DNA from: Ascidiella aspersa
Lineage: Eukaryota
Assembly (NCBI GenBank): GCA_963924565.1
Contig: OZ004608.1
Span: 29,946,001 to 30,010,000, forward strand
Length of the DNA stretch: 64,000 nucleotides
Direction: 5' to 3'
Shown: in pieces, positions 1 through 12,500 of the stretch
Layout of the letters: each line of letters starts with the position of its first letter
How positions within the stretch are numbered: position 1 is the first letter of the stretch
Made by a program: the position numbers and the translations under genes
The notes under the pieces: generated by a model
What the model saw: the letters and a program-made list of their open reading frames with translations, nothing else
What the model was told of the DNA's origin: nothing
Databases searched by the model: none

Positions 1-3000
1 AAAGCGTATTAAAACAGGGCTTAAGGTTAACAGTGTGCCTCACTAAGACTTTGCTCTGCCTGATTTTATCGCAATGAACGCCACAATGATCGCCAAATGA
101 TCTTTGGGTGCTACGAGCGTTTCAACGTTGTCTGTGCGAAACCGCAAGATTGTTCTGTCAAATACCTGACTTGCCGGTTCGGCAGCCTGACAAAGTTTCG
201 CACAGATAACAGTACGGTACTGCGCGTTATGGCTGCCTACTAGGCCAGGTTGAAAGACCAATTGGCACAATTTTACTCAAACTGTGTGTCGTGGAAGTTG
301 CCATTTTGAGCAGAAACCAATTTTTATTGTAGACAATATATTATTTACTGGATAATTGAATTTATAATGTGTTTTTTACAATTGCCTTATCGTTGCTGTC
401 AACCTATAATAGAATCGTTTTGTAGAACGTACCTCATTTTTTTATCTTATGTGGAAAAAGTCAGATGTTTGCTTTTTTAAGGACATCTTTGTGCCATCTT
501 TCGATCTTGTGAAACAGTTTTTTGTTCCTTAGGACGACGATTTGCATTTTTTAACACTTTTATTGCCCTAAAATGGCTCGAAATAGAGTTGAAAACGTTA
601 TCGCATATCAAAAACTGAGCGGATTGAGTGCATTTGCCAATATTATTGTTTATCTACACTGGTGCTTATTCGGTCTACATATTATTCAATTTGTTGTGCC
701 GCACTGTATTTTTATACTTCAATTTCAGGAGTGAATCCAAACCCAGTCGGAAATTTTTGCCCGTTTATCCCCGGGCCATCACGGAAAATATTTATATCCG
801 GCTAAAGGTATATAACCCTGACAATAATCGGTGATATATGACATATTTTTCTGGGTTATTTCTGTCGAAGCTTCATAATCATCGGCGCTTCCCAGAATTT
901 TGGTGATAAATGTGGTTTTCGTAACTTATTCGGCGATTACCATATTTTCTGGGAAAAATCGAACCTAACCACAAGTTGTTTTTTTTTACTTTGTAGACTC
1001 GCCTATTTTAACAGTTTCTTTGCTAAACCAAAATTTTAACCTATATCATACACATATGTAATAATGTTTTGGGGGTTACTATTTTTACTTGGGTATAAGT
1101 TAGCTGTTATAATCTTTATAGTTTTCTTGTTTAGGCAACATATTTAGCAAAGTTAAGAAGGTATATTTAGATATGCTGAAAAAAAAGATGTTAATTGATA
1201 AAATTTATTACATTAGTAAAGGTTAAGTTGCCTGAACACAAATCTTTTGGAAAAGTACTATTCGTACCAACGCTATACACATAGTTTCCTACTTAAGGCA
1301 ACAATACTGGCTACCCGATGCTTCAACTTCGCGCCGACCTTTCCCCGCTCTGTCCTTGCAATTTATTATATTGCGTTTTTTTTTATTTACAAACGGCGCG
1401 CATATTTTTGAACTCCAGACGTCCGATTGGCCGATATGCGGATGACATCACAATCGAGTTTGAACGTTTATTGTTAAGACAATTGAAATCACAAATCAGT
1501 TGAAAGCTATAGGGCAGCTGAGTGTTAGACTTTTTCGTCAGTTGTTGTTTTCTTTTTTTACCTGCCCTAAAATTTTTACCTTAGCCCTAAAGATCAGGTT
1601 AGCTATCAAATATATGTTTAGGATAGTGTAGGCTAAGCTATATTTGAAGTTTTATATCAGAATAAAAAAATAAATTCATTGAATAAAATAACTTTTAGCA
1701 AGAACTAAATTTGTATCTAAACAAAGTAGGAAACAAGCTCCATTTTTACACCTGTTGACAAGTTTATTTCTGTGGCAGGTGCACATCCCAGATTTTTTAC
1801 GCAATCTAAAGTCACATCTAAATATTTGTATTAAGTGAGCATAAAATCCTGACTAAATACCTGGAAATCTTAAAAAAACTAAAGATATCGACATAAAGTG
1901 CCAATAAATGCCAACACCAACATGGCCTCTGGGATTAAAAGCTGATGGATGTTAAAGATTTTCCTAATTGGGGCGGCTGCTTATCAAAATTTGCAGGTAA
2001 GTTAGTTAAATATCATACTGTATAAGGTGCATGTGATTTTTATTTATTATTTCATATGTTGGGCTCTAATGTTTTGCCAATAGTTTTTTTTTTAATTTTG
2101 TAAACGAATTATGTGTATTTTTGACTGATTTTAACTTGAAATAATTTTGCTTGTCAACAAATAATAATCGTCCTACTTATTAGTTACAAGCTAATTTTTT
2201 AGGCCTTCTCCTGTTCATAGGTCACAAAGACCAAACTGCATCTGTTATCGACTACAAGGTGCAATAGACTGGGATGGTGGCAGAGGTGCAAGAAGACAAG
2301 CCAATACCATTGCTAATAAAGAAAACACAGAACCTGTGATGACCACTCCCTGCGAATCAAGTCCGATATAGCTGAACCTGTGTTGACTGACTCATTTTCA
2401 GAATCTATATTTCTGACAGTGAATAAATCATACAAATGGAACCTTCAGACAATTATTGATGTCTTTTTAAACTGCAGTTTGTTATTGCCTTGTACAGTTT
2501 CTATTTCTGTGTTTCTTTTTGTTTCTTTCCATATTTTTAACGTGCATGAATAAAAGCTCAATGTAAATTTACCCATGGTGTTTTGCAGATTTATAGTCGT
2601 AATTTGACAGGATGCCCAACCATATTTATACCTTATGGCCATGACTGGGCCATGTACCTGCCGGTGTTGAATTTCCGTGCTTACATAACCGATTTATCAC
2701 TGAACATATGTAGTTGGCCCTTGCAAGGCGAGGGGATAAAACAGGCATGGCACATGGATAATTTTCCGACTGGGAAGGTACTTTCCGGTAATTCTGTTTC
2801 TTGATTTTTGATTGGCGCTTTTGTCAGCCCTGGAAACAATACCTAAGGCGTTGTCAGTTGTAAGGGGTCCCGCCCCCTAGACCGAAACGACAGCAGACCG
2901 AATTCGCGGCTAATCGTCGGAAGTGCGAATTTGCACAAAGCCGATATGTTTTAATGTTGGCACGTTGTGCCGATTTTCTGTTGGAAGACTCTTAATTGCC

Positions 3001-3591
3001 CCTGGCTTCGTCGTCATTAGCACGCACCCAATGCGCTCGTGACCTAGTAAACTTATTACTATCCCGCCTAATTCATTCAGTTTTGGCAGATGGCCGAAGG
3101 GCTCATAAGGCACGTTTTGGTCGCAAACCTGCCAGCCGCCACGTCACATTATCCAATTTGACACATCGCGGGCAAATGCCCAGAATCAATCATGTTTATT
3201 TTGAATTTAAAACGAGTACAACGTGTGTAACGTTTGTTTGAAAATATACAAAAAAACAGGGTATATGAATAAATCGAAGCAGTGAACAATGATCATGCGT
3301 TATAAATTTACCAAGGTCGATTTTAGGAAAAAATGCAAAATGACTGCACTGAATCAGAATAACCTGTTGCATAACACATCAGTAAACCCACAGGTTCCGC
3401 TGGTCAACTTAACCGAAATTATTTAAAATATTATATAATTGGATAAACGCCAACCTAAATAACTTGAAGTCTTGATCTCTTTGTATGCTCCCCTTTGTAT
3501 TAAACTAAGGTGTACGTGGTATTGGACGTTTGCGGTATGTGCGGAGCTTTGACAAATACCTCCGACTTACTCGGTGTTGTTGTGTTTACAG

Positions 3592-6500
3592 TGATCGGCG
3601 CCACGAGATGCTTCAAGACGAGTGGGGTGTTTGGAGTTCACGAGATTTACAGGGTCGCCAAAGGTAAGTGTGGCCTCTTTAATTTACCACACAGTGTACC
3701 TGGACGGTCGCTGGTTTCCTTTTTCCGGCTCTGCATGCTTATATGCCGGCATGTCCAAAATTATCGGAAACGAGCTGATACTGAAGTCAAGTAGTTTAAT
3801 GTACTCGCCTAATACTGAAGTTTTTAGAAAACAGTAGTTTAACAGTAGTTTTGTTTTAGAAAACAGTAGTTTAACAAATAAAATGCTACGTTAACTCTGA
3901 AGTAAGTTTTGGTCATATAACAAAATAAATACCACTTTCGCAAGTTTCAATTTGTAGCAATATTACTTATTTGACCATAGCAATTGACGTCAGTTTATTT
4001 GAGCATAGCAATGACGTCAGTTGGTACCGGATCGGACCAACATACGTTGTTGTGTAAAATACATATGCTATCGAAACCTATACGAACTGTCGGACATACC
4101 TACATTTATAAGCCACCTATACCGTTTCTAATTGTTTCTTTGATCTGATTCGATTTATTAGTATTTTAAACAAATTTGTCAGAACTTTTTACTCAGATAG
4201 ATTTTTCAGGACTTTTTAACTTGGCAAACTCTTTAAGTAACTCGTTATTTTTTTGCAGCGCCCATCGTGAGTGGGGACGGCCACGGACTGGGAGTGGGGA
4301 ATTCCCTGGAAAGTCCCTCGTACTACTACGCGAGTCATCACCATGACAACCGAGCACCCCCGCCCAGCCCGCTCGTGTTACGTCAGCAGACCAAGTCAGT
4401 TTGCTATAATTTATACTGCCGTATTAAAATGTAAAATCTTACCGTGATGTGTCGCCGCTGAATTGCTTTGCCAAAGGACGCAAATTTACTACTTGCGCCA
4501 TTTTCTGTCTTGTTTATTTGTACTCGGCATTTAACTCGTTACTTGGACCTTTGCCGCCTTTGTTTTTCAAAATATCCGCATGCGCTTTTAGTGTTTAGAA
4601 CTATTATATTTCGATACGACCCAATTTAACTTGTAGAAATAATTTAGAGAAAACTTGGTTTGGGTGATAAGCTCTTAAGATGATAATACCCCGAGATGCA
4701 AATTTATCCATGAAAACAAAATATTTATTACGTTTTATATACTGACGTTTATCATTTTTTAAATTATTTTTAAAATGTTGTTTACCAAGTAGACTATATT
4801 ATTTTGTGCGTAAAACAGTCGCATACTATTATTATTAGGAATCGGTTTTCTATGTATTGTTTTAAATTTTTTTCTGTGTCAGTCGAAATTGTTATCCTCA
4901 GAATTTGTCAGTGATGTAATGACTTCAGCCACTGATTTTAAATGACCTAACTTGAATAAAGTATGTTGCGTAAAAAGACTTGACTTGTCTTTCTGGTATG
5001 CGACATCGTTCGGACCTAAGTCATTAGGGTATTTTTATTGTAAAATTTGGTTGTTTTTAACCTTGTTTTATTGCCCTCCAAGTATTGCCCTTGATTAGGC
5101 AAGTTTGGCAAGTTAAACAATTTTATACTTTATTTTGATAAAAAGGACTTGGTACTTGACTTGCTATGTGAATGACTTGAACTGGAACTTAACTTTCTAT
5201 TTTCGCAAATGACTAGACTTCGACTTTTTTTCAAGGTCAAAGTCCCAAGTCCTTTTTATCAAAATAAAGTATAAAATTGTTTTTTTCAAGGTGACATGTT
5301 TATAACACTGGAAATTGCTACTACTTTATAGAAACACATGTGCGTCAATTTCAATCCCATTTGTTTGTGCTGTCGTTTCCAGTCAGAACAAGCGCCTGAA
5401 GTCGTCCGGGAGCAGCATGTCGACAGAAGAACCAAACGGACTCGAGAGCGGAGGCGAAAATGACTCAGAGGCTTTCTACAATCGACCGCCCAGCTCGCAC
5501 CCAAGCTGGCAAGGTAAGGTTTTCTTTACTTGGTGGACAAACCTGAAAAATCGTTTTAAAAACGTCTGCTATCTTGGTTTTGTCAGCGATTTGTAAATTT
5601 TCTACAGTGTTGTAAGCTAAAGTTATTTTGAAACGAAGGCCTAGTCAAGTCGTTTGCCAAATAACTAAAGACAGGGTCAAGTTATTGTTGATAAATAACA
5701 GGTCAAATTCCAGTACAAGGTACAACCTTAGCAATTCCAGTCGTTAACATAAAAGATAAATATTAAACTATAAAAAAATTGGTAGAAATATTAGATTTCA
5801 ATCAATACTTTGCACAGCAAACACCAAAAACGAAACAATCAGCAAGCAAATTTCACATCCAAAATTTGGTAGATAACAATGTTTTCAATTCAAACAATAA
5901 GAGTAATGTCAGTAATTTTTCTCATTTAATTAGGTCCAATTCATTTTATTTTTTGAAATTACTTTAGTTAAGTTGTTTTGCCCAAAACACATAAGTCGGG
6001 ACAAGTAAAGTTATTTGAAAAGTGACTTAATTTCGTAAGTCATTATACAATACTGAATTTCGGTATATTAAAACCCAGAATTAAGTCAAGTAATTTGAAA
6101 ACAGTGAGTCCAGTAGACTTAAGTCAAGCCGTTGAGTCATTGACTGAAGTCGTTACAACATTGCGAATTAGAACAACACAAAATGGAAGTCTAGTCCTTG
6201 CAGCCGGGTGCTGGATTGACAAGGCATTTGCGCATCGCGCATCATGACACCCTAATAAAACCGCAATTAACGGCTTAAATCCCACGCGCATGTAAGTACA
6301 GCAGCATAAGTAGCATCAACAGGCCAGCAGTGAACGCCAATCATCCGTAGAACCTCACTCGACGTATACACGGTTATCAGATTAAAACGACTCCCTTCTG
6401 ACTTAACGAATCTTATTGGAGTTTATTGCGGGGGGTTTTGGACGCGGTTTTATGCACTTTTTTTCTCCGAATAGGTTATAATTAAAGGTAAGGGGTATTT

Positions 6501-9500
6501 AGCATAGCAGTTAGGGGATCGCCAAGCTAATTTGTCGGCTCGTGGCATACTTCCCTAAAATGGATAGAATACAGTTAAAATTTTGTTGTATTCAATTCAG
6601 CAATAAATTGTGGTTTGAAATTAAACTGAACCACAATTGCATAACTTTTACTATAGTTTTTGGAAAACTTAATTTATTTTTACTTTATTTAACAAATAAG
6701 CTATTAAAAAGTTTAAATATAAAAATGTATAATTTTTAAATTCCGGCCGCGACCGCATGTCATTACAATATCTACCCCTTTATAGGAATGAAAGTTTGGT
6801 GACCTCCTGCTTTAAATTCACACCCGACTTTTTATGCATGTTACACCTAAACGGGTCTAATTTGTTCGTATGTGATTTCTTCTTTAGATCGTTCGATCTT
6901 TTTAAAATTCAAAACCATTGACAGCAGGTTTATGCCTGTTAATCACTGATCCGCTGACGACTTTATAGTTTAATTAAATAAACCACATTGAATGGATTCG
7001 CGGCCAGGTCATCATTTAGAAAGAAGTTTTTTGGTGAAGAACGTTGCGCAGTGGCACAAAAGTTTAAAGTGTCAAAAACTGAAGACATCACGAATATTCT
7101 GTAAAATGCACCTTAAACTTTCTATTCAACGATAATTTTAATTAAAATTTAGCCGTAACACTTATACATCCTCAAGCTTGATTTGTGAAACCTGCTAAGC
7201 TTTGATTAACCTCAATGCGTTCATGTTACCATCCGAAGCGGTGTAGTCTAATTGCTGGTTTTTACGAAGTGCTTAAAGGCCTCATGCCGACCTCTATAGC
7301 TACTCGAAACGCCACTCTTTGATCTTATATAATTTAAGGTAACTGCGGTGGAACACGGATATGTTCTCAGATTCTAATGAATCACCACCACGCCGGTGCC
7401 TACGGCCGATGAAATTCGATTGTAACAAAACTGAAAATGGTCGGTTTCGTTTCGATGTACTTAGGCTATTACACGCATTACCTCATCGCAATCGGAATAA
7501 TACGCGACGCCGAAGCTTGGGCTAAGTTCAGCAAAGAGTTCCCGCGAATATTCAGCATCTTGGAAGCCGAAACCTTTTTGTACAACTAGTTTTCCGCGAA
7601 AATTTCGAGCATGTGCTGCTAAGTTAAAAGGCAAAGCTTGGGTTTAAATTGGAAATGAGTTCCCGCGAATATTCAGCATCTTGGAAGCCGAAACCTTTTT
7701 GTACAACAAGTTTGCGGCGAAAATTTCGAGCACTGTTATGTTGAGTTAAAAGGCAAAGCTTGGGTTTAAATCGGAAATGAGTTCCCGCGAATATTCAGCA
7801 TCTTGGAAGCCGAAACCTTTTTGTACAACAAGTTTGCGGCGAAAATTTCGAGCACTGTTATGCTGAGTTAAAAGGCAAAGCTTGGGTTTAAATCGGAAAT
7901 GAGTTCCCGCGAATATTCAGCATCTTGGAAGCCGAAACCTTTTTGTACAACAAGTTTGCGGCGAAAATTTCGAGCACTGTTATGCTGAGTTAAAAGGCAA
8001 AGCTTGGGTTTAAATCGGAAATGAGTTCCCGCGTGTATTCAGCATCTTGGGAGCTGTAACCTTTTTGTACAACAATTTCGCGGCGAAAATTTCGAGCACT
8101 GTTCTGCTGAGTTGAAAGGCAAAGCTTGGGTTTAAATCGGAAATGAGTTCCCACGTATATTCAGCATCTTGGGAGCTGTAACCTTTTTGTACAACAAGTT
8201 TGCGGCGAAAATTTCGAGCACTGTTCTGCTGAGTTAAAAGGCAAAGCTTGGGTTAAAATCGGAAATGAGTTCCCTCGTATATTCAGCATCTTGGAAAGCC
8301 GGATACTATTTGTACAATTAGTTTTCGGCGAAAATTTGAGCACTGTGCTACTGAGTTAAAAGGCAAAGCCTGGGTTTAAATCGGAAATGAGTTCCCGCGT
8401 ATATTCAGCATCTTGGGAAGCCGATACTTTCTGTACTACAAATTTCGGCGAAAATTTCGAGCACTATGCTGCTAAGTTAAAAGGCAAAGCTTGGGTTAAA
8501 ATCGAAAATGAGTTCCCTCGAATATTCAGCATCTTGGGAAGCCGATACTTTTTGTACAACTAGTTTTCGGCAAAAATTTCGAGCACTGTGCTGCTAAGTT
8601 AAAAGTAAAACGACAAACCGCAGTCGGCCAGAAGTGCGAACTAGGGAAATCGAACAGCTGCGCCAAAGCTGTAAGGCAGGAACCCACACGCAACACACAT
8701 CACACGAAAACGGTAATGGGCCGTGCATTGCTCCTCGCTGTATCTACGCAAGTTCGAATTAATCGCGCTAATTTGATTATAGTCGGGGCCGTTCAGAATG
8801 TCTTTTACAAGGGCGGCGCAAATGATCAAACTTCTAGGTTGCTATTCAAGTTGTTTGGTTGTTTTCTAATAGGCATTTTGCTAATATATGTGGAATTAGT
8901 TTTTATCTTTTTTTCTCTATTTTACACCTTAGTGTTTTTAATTTTTTAGGTTTATCCACTTAAACACTTTTCGATCACCAAACAGACTTTAATAGGTACT
9001 TATATTAGAAAAGCAACAAACTTGCTTCAATCATATTTGTTTGAACTTACACAAGATTATTGGCGTTGGATTTTTGATTGTCAAAACTGTTTGTTGTTTA
9101 GTCGTATTTTCCATCTGCATTAAAACAAAACAACTTGCATTAAAACAACTTGACGTTGGCTCTTTTTCAACCCTAAAAAGGTACATTTACCCGAGGTCAA
9201 AAATACCTGGTTTGAGGTGTTTGTTTTAAGCGCCGGACACGGTCACAAGTAAACTTATCGCTTTCTTGCGTTTTATAATTAAACAGAAAAAAAATGACTA
9301 AAAAAATGTAGAACAAGCAAAAAAAAAAGAATTGACTAGGTCATCAGGGAAACGAGGTGTAATTTTGTTCCCCTCACTTTTAATAATATTTTAATATGAT
9401 TGCGGTTATTCTTTTATTTACAGGCAGCCCCCTGCAATCCCCGACGGCTAAGACGACGCGCAACAACAACAACAACCAAGGTGACCTTTCCAACGGCGCC

Positions 9501-12500
9501 CACTCCTCTGTGACGTCACCAGGTAAGTGCTTTGTGACGTTGTTGATTGGAAGGGGTTCGATGACGCAGTAGCCCTATTTTTGATACGGACTGATGATCC
9601 CCCAGTGTGAAGTTGCTTGTACTAACAAAATGTGCAAGTATTGGCGCATGGTTGTTTCTCGACTCGCTCCTCTCTGAGCCTGCATAGCTCAGTTGGTAGA
9701 GCGACGGTCCCGGCTTGACCGGAGGTCGTGAGTTCGAACCTCACTGCAGGCCAGTTGTTTTTCTGGCTTGCTCTGCTTGCATCATAGATCAACAGATTCG
9801 GTGAATCTGCAATGGCTTTCAGTGTACTATTGATACGGAAGCCGTAATCGTTGGTCATAAAGCAACTTCCGAGGGGCTAGATCACAGATGTTATTAAACA
9901 CATATGTTTGTGTGTGTCTTTCATAGCCCTATTTTAGGTCGATGAAACGCTATAGAGACAAGGTTTTTAAAGAGTTGTTTTTTTTGCGTGGTTGTTTTAG
10001 AACAGGGGTTCTCAACCTTTTTTGTATGTTTTACCCTTTTAACGAAGATGAATATCAGATTTACCCCCAATATATAAAATTGTGCTCATTTATTAAAAAA
10101 CAACGTAAGTAACGAATTACATCAGTTATTTTGCGACGGCTGTCCTTGCTTTTCAGCAACGAGTTGTTCCATGTCTGATAAAGTAGTAGAGAATAACTGC
10201 GCCTGTTAAGCCGTACCCAGTGACAAAAAGTAGGCAATCACATGCAGCACTGAAATTTCAGAAGGTGTACTAAACCTACTTTAAACCCGCTATCGCTTAA
10301 CTTGCGATAAGGAATAAGCTGAAAAAGTATCAATCAGCGAAGCATAACGTTACCTACATTAGAAAAAGAAATTAATAGACTTGCTTCGAATTAGCAGTTA
10401 ATCTGAACTTGGAAAGTAGGCTATACCAATACCTACAGCCGTCACAATTTTTCTGTTTCGTCAGCTGATGTGGATACTTTGATTGATAGCTCATATTTAC
10501 CACATAAAGCGAGAAAATTAAACCCTGGGGTAGATTTACCCCAGGTTAAGAAAGGCTGTTTTAGAACATATGATTATTGTATTTATGTAAATTATCGTAG
10601 GATATATTTTTCCGTTTAATGTTTTGATTTCCTGTTTTTTCTTGCTTTCAGCTGACATGCTGCCACCACACACTCCGGGTTCATCAAGCAGCGCTGTATC
10701 CGCCTTCCCAAGGCTACAAAGTAATATATGTTTAGTGTAACCGGCTGCTATGTATTGATTTTAATCGTCCACGGCAATAATGCAACCTACATTTTTTGTT
10801 TTCAATATAAAAGAATAGAAAAGTATCAAAATTAAATGTGTCAGTTATAAGTTATAAAATATATTTGTATTTTGTGTTGAACGGCTTCCGTTTTTAAGGT
10901 AGCTTTTCTATCCAACATTGTTGGCGGCAAGTAATGCTTTTGTCATGTTTGGTTTTACTGTTTTTATTGTTTGGTACAGTGTTCAGAAGGGAGGGTGCGG
11001 TTTAGGGCGAGATACATATCTTCTGATTCAACCAACTAATTTGACTTATTGACTTTACTATTCCAATTTGTGATCTTTTTTATGTTTGCATCATACCTTT
11101 TTAATTCAACAAAGGAAAAAAATTTCTTGCGCTTTTTCTGCTCTCAAGATCGATAAACAAAACAACCAAAAATGACCAAAATAATCATCGATGTATTTTC
11201 GTTTGCGATGGCTTTTCAGTGTACTACAATGATACGGAAGCCGTAATTTTGGTCAAAAGTAGCTTCCGAGTGGCTAGATCACAGTTGTTATTAAAACACA
11301 TATATGTGTGTGTGTCTTTCATTCATATTTTCGCTACAGTCGCATTTTCACCCAACTAACACCCCCTTTACCCATTTAAAAGGCTCGCACTCGGCCGCCT
11401 GGCACCCCGTGCTGCAGCAGACCCACCCCTTCAGCTACGCGTCGCCCCAGCCCTTCTACCACCCCAACCAGGACCTGAAGGATTTCGCACAGTTTGCCTG
11501 TCTATCTGCCGAGGCCGCAAAACATACGCCAAGTCAGGTGGGCATTTGTTTTTTAATTGTTTTTTCATTCGTTTAATTAATATTATTATTATTATTAATC
11601 CAGTCCTAACAATAAATTAAAAAAATGTAAATTAAATTTTTAGTGTTAACATCAAACCAAATGTTTATAAAACAATATCACCTCGCTGCGAGAATAAGAT
11701 TAAGAATGGCTTACTTTGACTGGGTATCAGTTGGGGCTGGGAATCAGGACTAACCGTTTTAATAATAAATGGGGTTTGTTGGGGCATTGCTTGCTTTTTC
11801 GTGTGAATAAATTTGTAAACAAGTTTTCTAGCCAAGAACATAGGTGATATATATTTTCTTAAGTGTAAGAGACAAATTCCTGCGTGTTTTGCCAAAAAAT
11901 GTTTCTTGCAGATATCTTTGCTATACTTTTCTTTAATACAAGAACTAGCAGACTAGAACTAATATAGTTTCGGTATTAATAACGTAATATTTATCCTCAG
12001 CCTAATTGAGTTCCAATATTGTGTTTCATACCAAAGCAAAGTAACGCTGCGGACGTGCCATAATTCAATTTTAGCAAAACCTGGCAAACTTAGCGAAAGA
12101 AGAGGAATTGTATCAATTGAAATATCTTTACTAGGCTCATTGGCTGACTATCGGAATGAAAGTATTGTCCGCATAAACGATTTACATCTATTGAGTTACT
12201 TACGCTATTCACACAGATACTGAGCTACCATCCACACACGATGCCACATATGGCGCTCGGTGGCGCCAACTCGCGGACGGGAAGCAACGTCCAGGTGTCG
12301 TCACACGATGGCGCCACAGCGGACCGGTGGGCGCACAATCACATGGACGAAAACCCGTCGGCTGACTACCATCCCATGCTAGGCAACGAAAGAATTCAAA
12401 GTAAGTGAAGTAATTAATTTTGATTTTCAATGGCAATGTAGGTTTATGATTCAAAGAATTCATACAGGTTTCCATCAATCTGAACTTAATGAATTATTTT

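Noticed and set aside
7512-8605. CRISPR array
   Set aside because: The units repeat end to end with no unique spacers, there are no cas genes, and the context is a eukaryotic intron.
9678-9752. Functional tRNA-Ala(GGC) gene
   Set aside because: The anticodon arm is 2 nt too long and lacks U33, and the sequence sits inside a TSD-flanked repeat with other partial copies nearby.
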